Assembly: GCA_018399535.1 (NCBI GenBank)
Contig: JAGYOR010000002.1
Span: 1-48,049, forward strand
Direction: 5' to 3'
Source of the DNA: Deltaproteobacteria bacterium
GTDB lineage: Bacteria > Desulfobacterota > Syntrophia > Syntrophales > UBA2210
DNA length: 48,049 nucleotides
Shown: positions 30,285 through 45,529 of the stretch, in pieces
Layout of the letters: each line of letters opens with the position of its first letter
Position numbering within the stretch: the first letter of the stretch is position 1
Position numbers and translations under genes: made by a program
Notes under the pieces: model-generated
Databases searched by the model: none
What the model saw: the letters and a program-made list of their open reading frames with translations, nothing else
What the model was told of the DNA's origin: nothing

Positions 30285-30617
30285 TTACCGCTCAGCCAAA
30301 ACGACGGTGATGTTACTGGTTCGCTTTCGTATTGGAGCCACGCGGCCCTGCGCGCGTGCGCGCCATCGCTTCATGGCCGGCCCCGGACCGACATAAATTT
30401 CCTTCACGTAGAGCACGTTTTCATCGATGGCCGGATTCTGGGCGGCATTGGCGACCGCCGACTTTAATAATTTCCCGACGATTCCGGCTGCTTTCTTCTC
30501 GGTGTACTGAAGAATCACCTCTGCGTCGTTCACCTTTTTGCCGCGAATGAGATCGGCCACCAGCTTCGTTTTCTGCGGCGAAATACGCACATATCTGACT
30601 ATAGCCTTCGCTTCCAT
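30285..30617 (-). CDS. rplV: 50S ribosomal protein L22
   Basis: 110 aa. MEAKAIVRYVRISPQKTKLVADLIRGKKV is canonical L22. Confidence 0.97.
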   Translation of the reverse strand: MEAKAIVRYVRISPQKTKLVADLIRGKKVNDAEVILQYTEKKAAGIVGKLLKSAVANAAQNPAIDENVLYVKEIYVGPGPAMKRWRARAQGRVAPIRKRTSNITVVLAER

Positions 30618-30654
30618 GTATCCCTGACCCCACGAAACTCCCGTTCCCGGGTTT

Positions 30655-30939
30655 CTACTTTCTCTTCAGTTTAGACTTTCTGTCTCCCGCATGACCATAA
30701 AACGTTCTCGTCGGAGAGAATTCCCCGAGTTTGTGTCCTACCATATTTTCGGTCACGTAGACGGGGATGAATTTTTTCCCGTTGTGCACCGCAAAGGTAT
30801 GCCCCAGAAGTTCGGGAACAATGGTTGACCGGCGCGACCAGGTTTTGATCACCGTTCTGCTGCCGCTCTCCTCGGCCTTCCGGACCTTTTGCAGGAGCCT
30901 TTCCTCAATATAGGGACCTTTTTTTATCGAACGCGCCAC
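30655..30939 (-). CDS. rpsS: 30S ribosomal protein S19
   Basis: 94 aa with a GTG start. (M)[15 protein letters not shown]...[27 protein letters not shown] is canonical S19. Confidence 0.97.
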   Translation of the reverse strand: MARSIKKGPYIEERLLQKVRKAEESGSRTVIKTWSRRSTIVPELLGHTFAVHNGKKFIPVYVTENMVGHKLGEFSPTRTFYGHAGDRKSKLKRK

Positions 30940-30945
30940 GCTTTT

Positions 30946-31767
30946 TTACCCTCTCTTCTTGACGATATATTTATCGGAATATTTGTTTTTCCGCGTTTTG
31001 TAGCCTTTCGTGGGCACACCCCAGGGCGTGCAGGGGTGCCTGCCGCCGGAAGATCGTCCTTCACCGCCTCCCATGGGATGATCAACGGGATTTTTCACCA
31101 CGCCGCGGACATGGGGACGGACTCCGAGCCAACGCGACCTGCCCGCCTTGCCCAGACTCACGTTCTCATGTTCTATGTTGCCCACCTGGCCTATGGTCGC
31201 TTTGCATTCGACTCGAACCTTGCGAACTTCTCCCGAGGGAAGACGAATCTGCGCGTAAGAACCTTCCCGCGCCATCAGCTGCCCGTATGAACCGGCGCTC
31301 CGGATTATCTGTCCTCCCTTGCCGGCCTTCAGTTCAAGATTATGAATCAGCGTTCCCAGAGGAATATTCTTAAGCGGAAGCGTATTCCCGGGTTTTACGT
31401 CTGCACTTTCACTGCTGATAACCCCGTCACCGGGATTCAGTCCCACCGGGGCCAGGATGTAACGTTTCTCGCCGTCGGCGTAGCAGATGAGCGCGATCCT
31501 CGACGATCGGTTCGGATCATATTCAATAGCCGTAACACGAGCCGGTATATCCGTTTTCTCCCGCTTGAAATCAATGACCCGGTATTTGCGCTTGTGACCG
31601 CCGCCCTTGTAACGGTTAGTCATCCTTCCGTAATTGTTCCGCCCGCCCGATTTCCTGAGAGGACGAAGAAGTGATTTTTCCGGTTCACTCTTCGTCAGTT
31701 CCTCAAAACTCGCGCTTGTCTGGAACCGCCTCCCGGGCGATGTGGGTTTGTATGTCTTGATCGCCAT
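30946..31767 (-). CDS. rplB: 50S ribosomal protein L2
   Basis: 273 aa. [17 protein letters not shown] and the ...[21 protein letters not shown] motif are canonical L2. Confidence 0.98.
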   Translation of the reverse strand: MAIKTYKPTSPGRRFQTSASFEELTKSEPEKSLLRPLRKSGGRNNYGRMTNRYKGGGHKRKYRVIDFKREKTDIPARVTAIEYDPNRSSRIALICYADGEKRYILAPVGLNPGDGVISSESADVKPGNTLPLKNIPLGTLIHNLELKAGKGGQIIRSAGSYGQLMAREGSYAQIRLPSGEVRKVRVECKATIGQVGNIEHENVSLGKAGRSRWLGVRPHVRGVVKNPVDHPMGGGEGRSSGGRHPCTPWGVPTKGYKTRKNKYSDKYIVKKRG

Positions 31768-31789
31768 TTTTCAGCCTGCCTTGTATCCT

Positions 31790-32077
31790 TTATATGCCGC
31801 CGTATACGTCAATCGAATCACCCGGAGCGAGAGTTACAACCGCTTTTTTCCAGTGGTTCCTCCTGCCGATGATTCTGCCGTGCCTTTTCTTTTTGCCCCG
31901 CATGTTGACCGTTCTCACATCCCTTACGGTCACCTTGAATATTTTTTCGACGGCGCGACGTACTTCTATTTTCGTCGCCTGTCGATTGATCTCGAACACG
32001 TATGCATTCGATCCTTCACGGAGGATCGTACTTTTTTCCGTGATCAGGGGTTTCTTGATAATATCGTACAGTTCCAT
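31790..32077 (-). CDS. rplW: 50S ribosomal protein L23
   Basis: 95 aa. [17 protein letters not shown] is the canonical N-terminus. The start overlaps the rplD stop (TAATG). Confidence 0.97.
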   Translation of the reverse strand: MELYDIIKKPLITEKSTILREGSNAYVFEINRQATKIEVRRAVEKIFKVTVRDVRTVNMRGKKKRHGRIIGRRNHWKKAVVTLAPGDSIDVYGGI

Positions 32078-32703
32078 TATGAAATCAGTACCCCCTCTAT
32101 CATCTTGACCGACGGTTCCGTAAGCACCACCGTGTCGTACTTCAACAGATCATAGACATTGATTCCTTCGGCCCGCATCATTTTGACGGTCGGTATATTT
32201 CTCGATGATTTTCCCAGGACCTCGTCATCCCGGTGAATCACGAACAGTGCCTGTGCCAACCCGAAACGATCGAGAATCTCCCTGAACTTTCGTGTTTTGA
32301 TCTCGTCCAGCGAGATATCCCGCAGAATCAGCAATCTGTTCTCCTGCAACTTCATGCTGAGAGCTGACCTGAGCGCCGCCTTGCGCACTTTTCTCGGAAC
32401 TTTGTAAGAATAGTCCCGCGGCTTCGGCCCAAAAACAACTCCGCCGCCTTTCCACAGGGGTGATCTCGTGGTTCCGGCTCTCGCACGACCCGTCCCCTTC
32501 TGGCGCCAGGGTTTTTTCCCGCCTCCCCGGACGTCGCTCCGTCCCTTCGTCGCAGCGGTTCCTCCCCTGCGCCGCGCCAACTGCATGGTTGTCACTTCGT
32601 ACAAGACGTGCCTGTTGACGGGAACTGCAAACACTCGATCATCGAGGTCGATTTCGCCGACCTTGTTGTTGTCAATATCGTATATCGCCTGAAGGGCCAT
32701 CAT
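32077..32703 (-). CDS. rplD: 50S ribosomal protein L4
   Basis: 208 aa. It carries the [31 protein letters not shown] motif. Confidence 0.97.
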   Translation of the reverse strand: MMALQAIYDIDNNKVGEIDLDDRVFAVPVNRHVLYEVTTMQLARRRGGTAATKGRSDVRGGGKKPWRQKGTGRARAGTTRSPLWKGGGVVFGPKPRDYSYKVPRKVRKAALRSALSMKLQENRLLILRDISLDEIKTRKFREILDRFGLAQALFVIHRDDEVLGKSSRNIPTVKMMRAEGINVYDLLKYDTVVLTEPSVKMIEGVLIS

Positions 32704-32718
32704 ACTCTCCCCGAATGT

Positions 32719-33366
32719 TTATGCTTTAACGGCGTCCTTGATCAGAACAATACCGCTGACGCTGCCCGGCACCGCACCCCTGACGAGGATCAGATTCCTC
32801 TCAGGACTGACGCCGACTACAACGAGATTCTGAACGGTCTTCCTCACGTTTCCCATCTGGCCCGGCATCTTCGTTCCCTTGAACACCCGTGACGGGTAAG
32901 CGCTGGCACCGATGGAACCCGGGGCACGATGAAACATTGATCCGTGAGTCGCTCTGCCTCCGTGGAAGCCGTGCCTTTTGATTACGCCGGCGAATCCCCG
33001 ACCTTTCGTCGTTCCCACTATATCAATGCGGTCACCAACGTCGAATATTTCCGCCGTCAGCTCCTGCCCCAGTTCATATTCATCGGGATTGTCCGTCCGA
33101 AATTCCCTGAGGATTCTGAAACATCCCTTGCCGGCCTTCTCGAAGTGTCCCTGGAGTGGCTTCGTGGTCCGTTTCTCCCGCCGCCGCTCGAAACCGATCT
33201 GTACGGCGTCATATCCATCGGTCTCTTTCGTTTTCTTCTGCGTTACGACACAGGGTCCCGCCTCGATGACGGTAACCGGGATGACTGACCCATCACCCCA
33301 AAACACCTGGCTCATTCCAAGTTTTTTGCCTATCAATCCCCGTTCCATAGCCGACACGTTTCCCAT
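32719..33366 (-). CDS. rplC: 50S ribosomal protein L3
   Basis: [13 protein letters not shown]...[10 protein letters not shown] is canonical L3. The start is either ATG 33366 or, closer to the family N-terminus ([12 protein letters not shown]), ATG 33348. Neither has a strong SD. Confidence 0.95.
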   Translation of the reverse strand: MGNVSAMERGLIGKKLGMSQVFWGDGSVIPVTVIEAGPCVVTQKKTKETDGYDAVQIGFERRREKRTTKPLQGHFEKAGKGCFRILREFRTDNPDEYELGQELTAEIFDVGDRIDIVGTTKGRGFAGVIKRHGFHGGRATHGSMFHRAPGSIGASAYPSRVFKGTKMPGQMGNVRKTVQNLVVVGVSPERNLILVRGAVPGSVSGIVLIKDAVKA

Positions 33367-33640
33367 TGATTATAAACTCTCAGAAACCCCTGTCCATCCA
33401 TCTGTATAAAAACGGCTTCCCATCCACCGACTACCACCGCAAAGCCTGTACCATCAACAGTCAAAACCGCCCTGCAGCGCTGAAGAACGATTATTCAGCA
33501 TTCTTCCTTCTTCAACTCTACTGAAGCGGTAATCTTGAACGCCCCTGCAGAAAGTCTTTTACGAAGCCGTTGCACCCGTTATGTGAGAAAAAAGGAGGAG
33601 ACCGGTTGTACACACCACCCGTCTCCCCTGGGTATTACCC
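33367..33640 (-). promoter_or_regulatory. Unusually long structured rpsJ-rplC spacer (candidate attenuator or ribosomal-protein leader RNA)
   Basis: 274 nt with no ORF of 60 aa or more. It contains a terminator-like hairpin, several local hairpins, and a 9-bp long-range complement between 33563-33571 and 33411-33419 followed by a U-run. See the finding for this region. Confidence 0.45.
33584..33626 (-). terminator. Intrinsic terminator/attenuator-like hairpin immediately after rpsJ
   Basis: On the minus strand, GGAGACGGGU...ACCGGUCUCC forms a 6-bp helix, a G.G mismatch and a further 3-bp helix, with additional inner pairs. It is followed by UCCUUUUUUCUC and begins 14 nt after the rpsJ stop. 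Confidence 0.6.
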
Positions 33641-33949
33641 TTACAACTTTATTTCCACGTCCACGCCCGCCGACAGGTCGAGCTTCATGAGGGTATCGAC
33701 TGTCGACTGGGTTGGCTCAATAATGTCGATCAGGCGCTTATGAGTTCGAATTTCAAACTGCTCCCTCGATTTTTTGTCCACGTGGGGCGACCGATTGACG
33801 CAATAACGATTAATGTCGGTGGGAAGCGGAATCGGCCCGGCTACGCGGGCGCCCGTCCGTTTCGCCGTTTCGACGATTTCTTCCGCCGATCGGTCCAGCA
33901 GCTTGTAATCATACGCCTTAAGGCGGATCCTGATCTTCTGGTTTTCCAT
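33641..33949 (-). CDS. rpsJ: 30S ribosomal protein S10 (NusE)
   Basis: 102 aa. [34 protein letters not shown] is canonical S10. Confidence 0.98.
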   Translation of the reverse strand: MENQKIRIRLKAYDYKLLDRSAEEIVETAKRTGARVAGPIPLPTDINRYCVNRSPHVDKKSREQFEIRTHKRLIDIIEPTQSTVDTLMKLDLSAGVDVEIKL

Positions 33950-33982
33950 GTGTATGAACCTGAACGCTTTTCCTGTTTTCCG

Positions 33983-35176
33983 TTATTCTATAATTTTACT
34001 TACAACTCCGGCACCGACGGTCCTTCCGCCTTCCCGAATAGCAAACCGCAGCTGTTCTTCCATGGCGATAGGCGTGATCAATTCGCCCTGAAGTTCGACA
34101 TTGTCCCCCGGCATAACCATTTCGACGCCCTCGAGAAGGTGAACCACGCCGGTAACGTCAGTCGTTCTGAAATAGAACTGGGGACGATAGCCTTCGAAGA
34201 ACGGTGTATGCCGCCCGCCTTCCTCCTTGGTCAGGACGTAGACCTGGGCTTTGAATTTCGTATGCGGCGTGATCGAACCGGGCTTGGCCACGACCTGCCC
34301 CCGTTCCACTTCATCACGTTTGGTGCCCCTGAGCAGGATACCGACATCATCGCCGGCCCGACCTTCATCCAAGGTCTTCCGGAACATCTCAACGCCCGTG
34401 CAGACGGTCTTGAAAGTGGGACGGATACCGACAACCTCGATCTCATCGCCGGTCTTAACAATACCCCTGTCGACTCGTCCCGTTACCACGGTACCCCGCC
34501 CGGATATGGTGAACACATCGCCGATGGGCATGAGGAAGGGCTTGTCCAGATCCCTCACAGGCTCGGGAACAAACGTATCAACTGCTTCCATCAGTTCCCA
34601 TACACATTTGGCATCTTCCGAATCCGAATCGTCTGTTTCCAGGGCTTTCAGCGCCGAACCACGGATAATCGGCAGTTCGTCCCCCGGAAATTCGTAATCC
34701 GTGAGAAGCTCGCGCAATTCGAGCTCGACAAGATCCAGCAGTTCCGGGTCGTCCACGAGATCAATCTTGTTCATGAACACGACGATAGAAGGAACCTGTA
34801 CCTGCCGGGCGAGAAGAATATGCTCACGCGTCTGGGGCATGGGTCCGTCGGAGGCGGCAACGACCAGAATAGTGCCATCCATGTGAGCTGCTCCGGATAT
34901 CATGTTTTTTATATAATCGGCGTGACCGGGGCAGTCGACGTGCGCGTAATGACGCTTGTCCGTCTCGTATTCCACGTGCGCTATATTAATGGTTACGCCT
35001 CGCTCCTTCTCTTCGGGGGCGTTGTCGATCTGATCGAAAGCCTTGAACTCCGCCAGGCCCCGTTTCGACAGGTGCTTCGTGATCGCGGCCGTCAATGTTG
35101 TCTTGCCGTGATCGACGTGCCCGATTGTCCCGATATTGAGATGGGGCTTCTTCCTTTCAAATTTTTTCTTCGCCAT
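33983..35176 (-). CDS. tuf: Translation elongation factor Tu
   Basis: G1 [11 protein letters not shown]3 DCPGHADY and G4 NKIDL motifs are present. Start set at ATG 35176 ([12 protein letters not shown]), where AAGGAGG lies 8 nt upstream. The in-frame ATG 35182 is only 2 nt from the SD. Confidence 0.98.
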   Translation of the reverse strand: MAKKKFERKKPHLNIGTIGHVDHGKTTLTAAITKHLSKRGLAEFKAFDQIDNAPEEKERGVTINIAHVEYETDKRHYAHVDCPGHADYIKNMISGAAHMDGTILVVAASDGPMPQTREHILLARQVQVPSIVVFMNKIDLVDDPELLDLVELELRELLTDYEFPGDELPIIRGSALKALETDDSDSEDAKCVWELMEAVDTFVPEPVRDLDKPFLMPIGDVFTISGRGTVVTGRVDRGIVKTGDEIEVVGIRPTFKTVCTGVEMFRKTLDEGRAGDDVGILLRGTKRDEVERGQVVAKPGSITPHTKFKAQVYVLTKEEGGRHTPFFEGYRPQFYFRTTDVTGVVHLLEGVEMVMPGDNVELQGELITPIAMEEQLRFAIREGGRTVGAGVVSKIIE

Positions 35177-35307
35177 AACCATTGCCTCCTTTAGTTGAAA
35201 TGGACGACTCTCTTCTTGTACTACACAGTGTGAACGTTTTCGGGCCTCACTACTCAGTTTTCCGCCGGTTCAACATCACCCGGCGGCGAAAAATCTCCAA
35301 AATTCTG

Positions 35308-35778
35308 TCAGAACCGGTAATGGGCGAATGCCTTGTTCGCCTCCGCCATTTTATGGGTATCTTCCCTCTTTTTCACCGAGGAACCCCGGTTGGCGGCGGC
35401 ATCAATAAATTCGGCAGCCAGTTTTTCTTCCATGCTTCTGCCGGAGCGAGCCTTCGCGTTGCCGATGATCCACCGTATGGCCAGCGCGACACGTCTTTCC
35501 GGCTGCACTTCTGTTGGAACCTGGTACGTGGCGCCGCCTACCCGCCTCGACTTTACTTCCAGAACAGGCTTCACGTTTTCCATGGCCCGCTCGAAAACGA
35601 CCAGCGGCGGTTCCTTCGTTTTGTCTTCCACGATGCCGAAAGCGTTATACAGAATCGATTCCGCCACGCTTTTTTTACCGCGTTTGAGAAGACTGTTGAT
35701 AAAACGGGAAACCAACACGTTATGGTACTGCGGATCTGGCAACAGTTTTCGTTTTGCTATGTCTCTTCTTCTCGGCAT
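35308..35778 (-). CDS. rpsG: 30S ribosomal protein S7
   Basis: 156 aa. [28 protein letters not shown] is canonical S7. Confidence 0.98.
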   Translation of the reverse strand: MPRRRDIAKRKLLPDPQYHNVLVSRFINSLLKRGKKSVAESILYNAFGIVEDKTKEPPLVVFERAMENVKPVLEVKSRRVGGATYQVPTEVQPERRVALAIRWIIGNAKARSGRSMEEKLAAEFIDAAANRGSSVKKREDTHKMAEANKAFAHYRF

Positions 35779-35792
35779 ATATTCATTCCTGA

Positions 35793-36164
35793 TTATTTCG
35801 GCCTTTTCGCACCGTACTTCGACCGACCCTGTTTCCTGTCCTGGACTCCCACCGCATCGAGCGTGCCTCGCACGATATGGTACCTGACGCCGGGAAGATC
35901 CTTAACCCTGCCGCCTCGTACGAGAACGACCGAATGTTCCTGAAGATTGTGGCCGATGCCCGGTATATAGGAACTTACCTCGTAACCACTCGTCAAGCGT
36001 ACCCTCGCGACTTTCCGCAAGGCCGAGTTGGGCTTTTTGGGCGTGGTTGTATACACTCTCACGCAGACACCGCGGCGCTGGGGGCAACCCATCAGGGACG
36101 GAGACGCCGTTTTCTTGTACGGTTTCGCCCTTCCCTTTCGAATCAACTGATTAATTGTCGGCAT
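35793..36164 (-). CDS. rpsL: 30S ribosomal protein S12
   Basis: [24 protein letters not shown] is the canonical start at ATG 36164, with AGGAGG upstream. The [10 protein letters not shown] motif is present. The track ORF extension to 36230 overlaps the rpoC stop and is rejected. Confidence 0.97.
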   Translation of the reverse strand: MPTINQLIRKGRAKPYKKTASPSLMGCPQRRGVCVRVYTTTPKKPNSALRKVARVRLTSGYEVSSYIPGIGHNLQEHSVVLVRGGRVKDLPGVRYHIVRGTLDAVGVQDRKQGRSKYGAKRPK

Positions 36165-36226
36165 TCTTCCTCCTGCAACCTTCTCAAACAACCGCTGCCC
36201 GGAAGCAGCAAAGACGCTGGTATCTA

Positions 36227-39200
36227 TCAATTCGTGGTCTCACTGTCAAGGCTTTTCTCGTCCGAACCACTATTTATTTGGAGTGTTTCTTCGGGTACGT
36301 CGTCCTCGGCGCCCATCACCTTGATGCCCAGCTTCCTGTAAGCCGGAAGTCCCGTCCCCGCAGGAATCAGCCTTCCCATGATTACGTTTTCCTTCAGACC
36401 CCGCAAACGGTCGGTTTTCCCTGCCAAAGCCGCCTCGGTCAGAACCCGGGTCGTCTCCTGGAACGACGCTGCTGAAATGAAACTGTTCGTGCTCAGCGAC
36501 GCCTTGGTTATTCCCAACAGCAGCGGTTCCCCTATGGCTGGCTTGCCGCCGCTTTCGACGATCCGTGTGTTTTCATCTTCAAAACGCATCCTGTCGACCT
36601 GTTCGTCGGAAAGGAATTTTGTGTCTCCAGGATCCACAATTCTCGCTTTTCGAAGCATCTGCCGAACGATGATCTCGATGTGTTTGTCGTTGATCTTGAC
36701 TCCCTGCAGACGATAGACTTCCTGGACTTCGTCCACCAGGTAACGGGCGAGTTCCTTATCTCCCTTTATTGTCAGTATGTCGTGAGGGTTGCTGGCGCCT
36801 TCCATAAGCGGCTGACCCGCCTTGACCACGTCGCCCTCCTGGACGCTGACATGCTTCCCTTTGGGAATCAGATATTCCTTGGGTTCCCCTATTTCAGGCG
36901 TTATTATGACCCTTCGTTTTCCTTTTATGTCGTCCCCGTAGGAGACAACCCCGTCGATTTCTGAAATGACGGCGTGCTCCTTGGGCTTTCGAGCTTCGAA
37001 GAGTTCAGCGACTCGCGGCAGCCCGCCGGTAATGTCCTTCGTTTTCGTCGTTTCCCGGGGAATTCGCGCGATGATGTCGCCCGCTTTCACACGTTCTCCC
37101 TCCACGATCACGATGTTCGCGCCCACGGGCATGAGATGCCGGGCGACGCCCCTGTTCCCGGGAAGGCGAACCGTCTTACCGTCGTCGCCTTTTATGGAAA
37201 CCCGGGGCCGGAGGGTGGGATCCTGATGTTCCACCACGACCTTTCGTGAAAGCCCCGTTACCTCGTCCACCTGTTCCTGGATGGTTTTTCCCTCGACGAT
37301 GTCGCCGTATTTAATGATCCCATCGACTTCCGAAATGATCGGGATGGAGTAAGGGTCCCACTCGGCGATCAGGTCGCCGCGGCGTACTTCCTGGTCCTCT
37401 TTTACCTTGACGCGGGCGCCGTAAGGCACGGGATATTTCCCCCTGTTCAATCCCTGTTCGTCGATGACGTGAATCTCGCCTGTTCGGCTCATAACAATCG
37501 TGTCACCGTACCGGTTGGTCGACACGGAAAGATTGAAAAATTTCAACTTACCGTCATGGCGGGCTTCAAGCGTTGAATGTTCTTCAAACTTGGCCGTGCC
37601 CCCAATATGGAACGTCCGCATGGTAAGCTGCGTACCCGGTTCACCGATAGACTGGGCGGCGATGATTCCCACCGCTTCTCCGATGTTCACCAGGTGACCG
37701 TGGGCCAGATCTCTTCCGTAGCAACGGGCGCATACGCCGTACTTGCTCTTGCAGGTCAACGCCGATCGTATCAGCACCCGCTCCAGGCCGGCCCGGTCGA
37801 TTCGTTCGGCCCGCACCTCGTCGATTTCTTCATTGGCCGCTACGATAACTTCGCCCGTGAAGGGGTCGGTGACGTCCTCGAGCGCCACCCGCCCGAGGAC
37901 ACGTTCTCCCGCGGTTTCGATTATTTCACCACCTTCGACAAGGGCCGAGACGTAGATGCCGTCGAGGGTTTTGCAATCTTCTTCGCTGATAATCGCATCC
38001 TGGGCGACATCAACGAGCCGCCGCGTGAGGTATCCCGAATTGGCCGTTTTCAGGGCCGTGTCGGCAAGACCCTTTCGCGCGCCGTGAGTCGAAATAAAGT
38101 ACTGGAGAACAGACAGGCCTTCCCTGAAATTGGCCGTGATCGGCGTTTCAATAATCTCGCCGGACGGTTTAGCCATGAGTCCTCTCATTCCGGCGAGCTG
38201 CCGGATCTGGGCGGCGCTTCCCCGGGCTCCCGAATCAGCCATCATGAAGATGGGGTTGAAACTTTCGACGCGCACCGTCTCGCCCGATGGATCAGTGACC
38301 TCGTCGGTGGCGATGTCGTGCAGCATTTCTTCGGCGACACGCTCCGTGGCGTGGGCCCATATATCGATAACCTTATTGTAGCGCTCCCCGTCGGTAATCA
38401 AACCTTCCATGTACTGCTTCTGAATCTCAAGCACGTCGTCCGTGGCGCGGCTGACAATATCCGTCTTGCCCTCGGGTATAACCATGTTGTCGATGGAGAT
38501 GGAAAGTCCCGACACGGTAGCGTACCGGAACCCCAAGTCCTTGAGACGGTCCGCCAGAATGACGGTGGTTTTCGCCCCGCACGCCCGATAGGCATAGTCG
38601 ACCAGGCCGGACAGCTCTTTTTTGTTCATCACCTTGTTAACAAATTCGAAGGGTATCTCCGGCGGTATGATTTCATAGAGCAGGATCCTGCCAACGGTGG
38701 TATCGACAAGTTTTCCGCCCATACGCACCTTGATTCTGGCATGAAGATGAGCCTGCCCCGCATCGTAGGCGCGCCGGACCTCGTCGGGATCGGCGAACAC
38801 CATGTTTTCGCCCTTCAGGAAATGACCCGCCCTGGTCATGTAATAAATACCCAGAACAATATCCTGGTTCGGAACAATAATAGGTTTCCCGCTTGCCGGC
38901 GACAAAATGTTGTTGGTCGACATGATGAGGCAGCGCGCTTCCACCTGGGCCTCGATGGAAAGCGGAATATGCACGGCCATCTGGTCCCCGTCAAAGTCGG
39001 CGTTGAAGGCCTGGCACACGAGCGGATGAAGCTGGATTGCCTTCCCCTCGATGAGGATCGGTTCGAAAGCCTGAATGCCGAGCCGGTGAAGGGTCGGAGC
39101 TCTGTTCAGAAGAACGGGATATTCACGGACCACTTCGTCAAGGGCGTCCCACACTTCCGGCGCCTCCCGTTCAACCATTTTTTTGGCGCTTTTTACGGTG

Positions 39201-40378
39201 GTTACGTAGCCCTTTTCCTCGAGACGGTTATAGATAAACGGTTTGAACAGCTCAAGGGCCATCTTTTTGGGAAGACCGCACTGATGAAGTCTCAAATCGG
39301 GGCCCACGGTGATGACGGATCTTCCCGAATAATCCACGCGCTTGCCCAGCAGATTCTGCCTGAACCGTCCCTGCTTCCCCTTGAGCATGTCCGAAAGCGA
39401 CCGCAACGGACGCTTGTTCGATCCCGTCACGGCACGCCCCCGCCTGCCGTTGTCAAAAAGAACATCCACCGCTTCCTGCAGCATTCTCTTTTCGTTCCGA
39501 ATGATGATTTCCGGCGCGTTCAGTTCAAGGAGTCTTTTAAGACGGTTATTACGGTTTACCACCCGCCGGTAGAGATCGTTCAGATCCGACGTTGCGAAAC
39601 GGCCACCGTCGAGTGGCACGAGCGGACGCAAATCGGGGGGAATAACGGGAAGCACCGTAAGGATCATCCATTCTGGCCGGTTATTCGACGCACGCAGCGT
39701 TTCCACAACCTTGAGGCGTTTGGTCAGTTTCTTGCGCTTCGTATCCGATGTGGCCGTCGCGAGATCTGCCCGAAGCTCCCCGTCCAGCTCTTCCAGGTTG
39801 ATTTCCTCCAGAAGTTTGCGGACAGCCTCGGCGCCCATTCCCACTTCAAAGGCGTCTGCGCCGTATTCTTCTTTCATTTCGAAGTACTGTTCGTCGGACA
39901 GAAGCTCTTTCTTCTTCAGGGACGTGTTCTTGGGATCAATCACGATCCAGGATTCAAAATAAAGCACCCGTTCGAGGTCTTTCAGGCTCAGGTCGAGTAC
40001 ATTGCCGATGCGGCTGGGAAGGCTCTTGAGAAACCAGATGTGTGCCACCGGCGCAGCCAGTACAATGTGGCCCATTCTTTCCCGGCGGACCTTCGACTGG
40101 ATGACCTCGACACCGCATTTTTCGCAGACGATACCGCGATGCTTCATGCGTTTGTACCTGCCGCAGAGACATTCATAATCTTTGACGGGACCGAATATCT
40201 TGGCACAGAAAAGGCCGTCCCGTTCCGGCTTGAAGGTTCTGTAATTAATGGTTTCCGGTTTTTTGACCTCGCCGTGGGACCATGAAAGAATGGTCTCGGG
40301 TGAAGCGAGAGATATTTTCACGGCGTTGAATTTTACCGGATCTTTCGGTTTTTCAAAAAAACCAAAAATGTCTTCCAC
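36227..40378 (-). CDS. rpoC: DNA-directed RNA polymerase subunit beta'
   Basis: 1383 aa with the catalytic [12 protein letters not shown] motif and a Zn-binding [23 protein letters not shown] start has AAGGGAG about 9 nt upstream. Confidence 0.98.
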   Translation of the reverse strand: MEDIFGFFEKPKDPVKFNAVKISLASPETILSWSHGEVKKPETINYRTFKPERDGLFCAKIFGPVKDYECLCGRYKRMKHRGIVCEKCGVEVIQSKVRRERMGHIVLAAPVAHIWFLKSLPSRIGNVLDLSLKDLERVLYFESWIVIDPKNTSLKKKELLSDEQYFEMKEEYGADAFEVGMGAEAVRKLLEEINLEELDGELRADLATATSDTKRKKLTKRLKVVETLRASNNRPEWMILTVLPVIPPDLRPLVPLDGGRFATSDLNDLYRRVVNRNNRLKRLLELNAPEIIIRNEKRMLQEAVDVLFDNGRRGRAVTGSNKRPLRSLSDMLKGKQGRFRQNLLGKRVDYSGRSVITVGPDLRLHQCGLPKKMALELFKPFIYNRLEEKGYVTTVKSAKKMVEREAPEVWDALDEVVREYPVLLNRAPTLHRLGIQAFEPILIEGKAIQLHPLVCQAFNADFDGDQMAVHIPLSIEAQVEARCLIMSTNNILSPASGKPIIVPNQDIVLGIYYMTRAGHFLKGENMVFADPDEVRRAYDAGQAHLHARIKVRMGGKLVDTTVGRILLYEIIPPEIPFEFVNKVMNKKELSGLVDYAYRACGAKTTVILADRLKDLGFRYATVSGLSISIDNMVIPEGKTDIVSRATDDVLEIQKQYMEGLITDGERYNKVIDIWAHATERVAEEMLHDIATDEVTDPSGETVRVESFNPIFMMADSGARGSAAQIRQLAGMRGLMAKPSGEIIETPITANFREGLSVLQYFISTHGARKGLADTALKTANSGYLTRRLVDVAQDAIISEEDCKTLDGIYVSALVEGGEIIETAGERVLGRVALEDVTDPFTGEVIVAANEEIDEVRAERIDRAGLERVLIRSALTCKSKYGVCARCYGRDLAHGHLVNIGEAVGIIAAQSIGEPGTQLTMRTFHIGGTAKFEEHSTLEARHDGKLKFFNLSVSTNRYGDTIVMSRTGEIHVIDEQGLNRGKYPVPYGARVKVKEDQEVRRGDLIAEWDPYSIPIISEVDGIIKYGDIVEGKTIQEQVDEVTGLSRKVVVEHQDPTLRPRVSIKGDDGKTVRLPGNRGVARHLMPVGANIVIVEGERVKAGDIIARIPRETTKTKDITGGLPRVAELFEARKPKEHAVISEIDGVVSYGDDIKGKRRVIITPEIGEPKEYLIPKGKHVSVQEGDVVKAGQPLMEGASNPHDILTIKGDKELARYLVDEVQEVYRLQGVKINDKHIEIIVRQMLRKARIVDPGDTKFLSDEQVDRMRFEDENTRIVESGGKPAIGEPLLLGITKASLSTNSFISAASFQETTRVLTEAALAGKTDRLRGLKENVIMGRLIPAGTGLPAYRKLGIKVMGAEDDVPEETLQINSGSDEKSLDSETTN

Positions 40379-40430
40379 GTGATCACGCTCCCTTGTGATA
40401 CTCTGTTCACACCCGTGTCACTTTCCCGGG

Positions 40431-44561
<4,131 letters not shown>

Positions 44562-44581
44562 CAAGGTCCGGGCGATTCACT

Positions 44582-44971
44582 CTATTTGATCTCCACGGTT
44601 CCCCCGACTTCCTCGATCTTCGTCTTGATGTCGGCGGCTTCATCCTTGGAAACGCCTTCCTTGATGGGTTTCGGCACTCCCTCCACGAGATCCTTGGCTT
44701 CCTTCAGGCCGAGGCCGGTTACGGCGCGTACCACCTTTATCACCTGAATCTTCTGGTCTCCGAAACCGGTCAGAACGGCGTCAAACTCGGTCTTTTCCTC
44801 CTCGGCCGCCGCGGATTCTCCTCCACCTGCCGCCTGAACGGCCGCCACGGGAGCCGCCGCAGAAACACCCAGTTTCTCTTCCAGTTCCTTTACCATCTCG
44901 GATAATTCGAGAACGGTCATGTTTTCTATGAATTCAATAACATCAGCCTTCGTAATTTTTGATTCTGACAT
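44582..44971 (-). CDS. rplL: 50S ribosomal protein L7/L12
   Basis: 129 aa with an Ala-rich hinge ([13 protein letters not shown]) and C-terminal domain [25 protein letters not shown]. Confidence 0.98.
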   Translation of the reverse strand: MSESKITKADVIEFIENMTVLELSEMVKELEEKLGVSAAAPVAAVQAAGGGESAAAEEEKTEFDAVLTGFGDQKIQVIKVVRAVTGLGLKEAKDLVEGVPKPIKEGVSKDEAADIKTKIEEVGGTVEIK

Positions 44972-45004
44972 TGTTCCTTCCCTTCCTGTAGAATGTTTCT
45001 TCCT

Positions 45005-45529
45005 TTAGTTGGTTCCTTCTTTTTTCATCCGGTAGGCGTCCAGCAGTCTCACGAACCCTCCCGGCACGGCGTTGAGTACCGTCACCAGACGCGTCGGGAC
45101 CGCCACAAACAACGACAACAACTTCGCCTGAAGAACCTCCCTGGATGGCAGAGCGGCCAGAGACACCAGCTGCTCGCGCGACAGAGACGCGCCTTCGTAA
45201 ACACCGCCCTTGATCTCCAGCGAGGCGTTTTTCTTGGCGAAGTCAACGAGAGCTTTCGCCGATGCGACAACGTCCCCGTAACTGAGAACAAGCGCCCTGG
45301 GCCCTCCCAGGAGAGTGTCCAGCGCCTCATAATCCGTTTCTTTCAGGGCGAGGCTGAGAAGATTGTTCTTGACGACCTTGACTTCGCCGTCCGTTTTTCG
45401 AAGCTCATTTCTCAACTCACCAAAATCCTTGACCTTTATGCCGCTGTAATCGGCGAGTACGGCGATCGTGGCCTTTTTGAGCTTCTCGTTCAGTTCGGCG
45501 ACAACATTTTCCTTTTTACTTCTGTCCAA
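45005..45529 (-). CDS. rplJ: 50S ribosomal protein L10
   Basis: ...KKENVVAELNEKLKKATIAVLADYSGIKV is typical L10. Two in-frame TTG starts exist. TTG 45529 has AAGGGGG 7-8 nt upstream and is preferred, while the track ORF uses TTG 45547. Confidence 0.93.
   Translation of the reverse strand: MDRSKKENVVAELNEKLKKATIAVLADYSGIKVKDFGELRNELRKTDGEVKVVKNNLLSLALKETDYEALDTLLGGPRALVLSYGDVVASAKALVDFAKKNASLEIKGGVYEGASLSREQLVSLAALPSREVLQAKLLSLFVAVPTRLVTVLNAVPGGFVRLLDAYRMKKEGTN

Noticed and set aside
33454-33501. 15-codon minus-strand uORF (MLNNRSSALQGGFDC) inside the rpsJ-rplC spacer, as a possible leader peptide
   Set aside because: The AAGGAAG purine run ends only 1-4 nt before the ATG, which is poor SD spacing. 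The peptide has no regulatory codon bias (no runs of one amino acid). A 15-codon ORF is expected by chance in 274 nt. I kept it only as a note under the spacer finding.
33591-33608. Plus-strand AAGGAGG followed by TTG, which looks like an RBS plus a start codon
   Set aside because: It is simply the reverse complement of the terminator 3' arm and U-tract region after rpsJ. The resulting plus-strand frame runs antisense into rpsJ and has no protein-like features.
33740-35194. 484-aa plus-strand ORF
   Set aside because: It is antisense to rpsJ and tuf. The EF-Tu frame carries all G-domain motifs, so the plus-strand frame is a shadow ORF.
35262-35286. GC-rich hairpin between rpsG and tuf, considered as a transcription terminator
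   Set aside because: In the sense (minus-strand) direction the U-run precedes the stem rather than following it, and an A-run follows it. It is therefore not a canonical intrinsic terminator. It is mentioned only within the fusA-absence finding.
37577-40285. 902-aa plus-strand ORF, the longest plus-strand ORF in the window
   Set aside because: It lies entirely antisense to rpoC, whose identity is unambiguous ([12 protein letters not shown] and other motifs). The translation is low-complexity and rich in R, G, H, F and V, with no recognisable motif and no SD or promoter context. Long stop-free antisense frames are expected opposite GC3-rich conserved genes.
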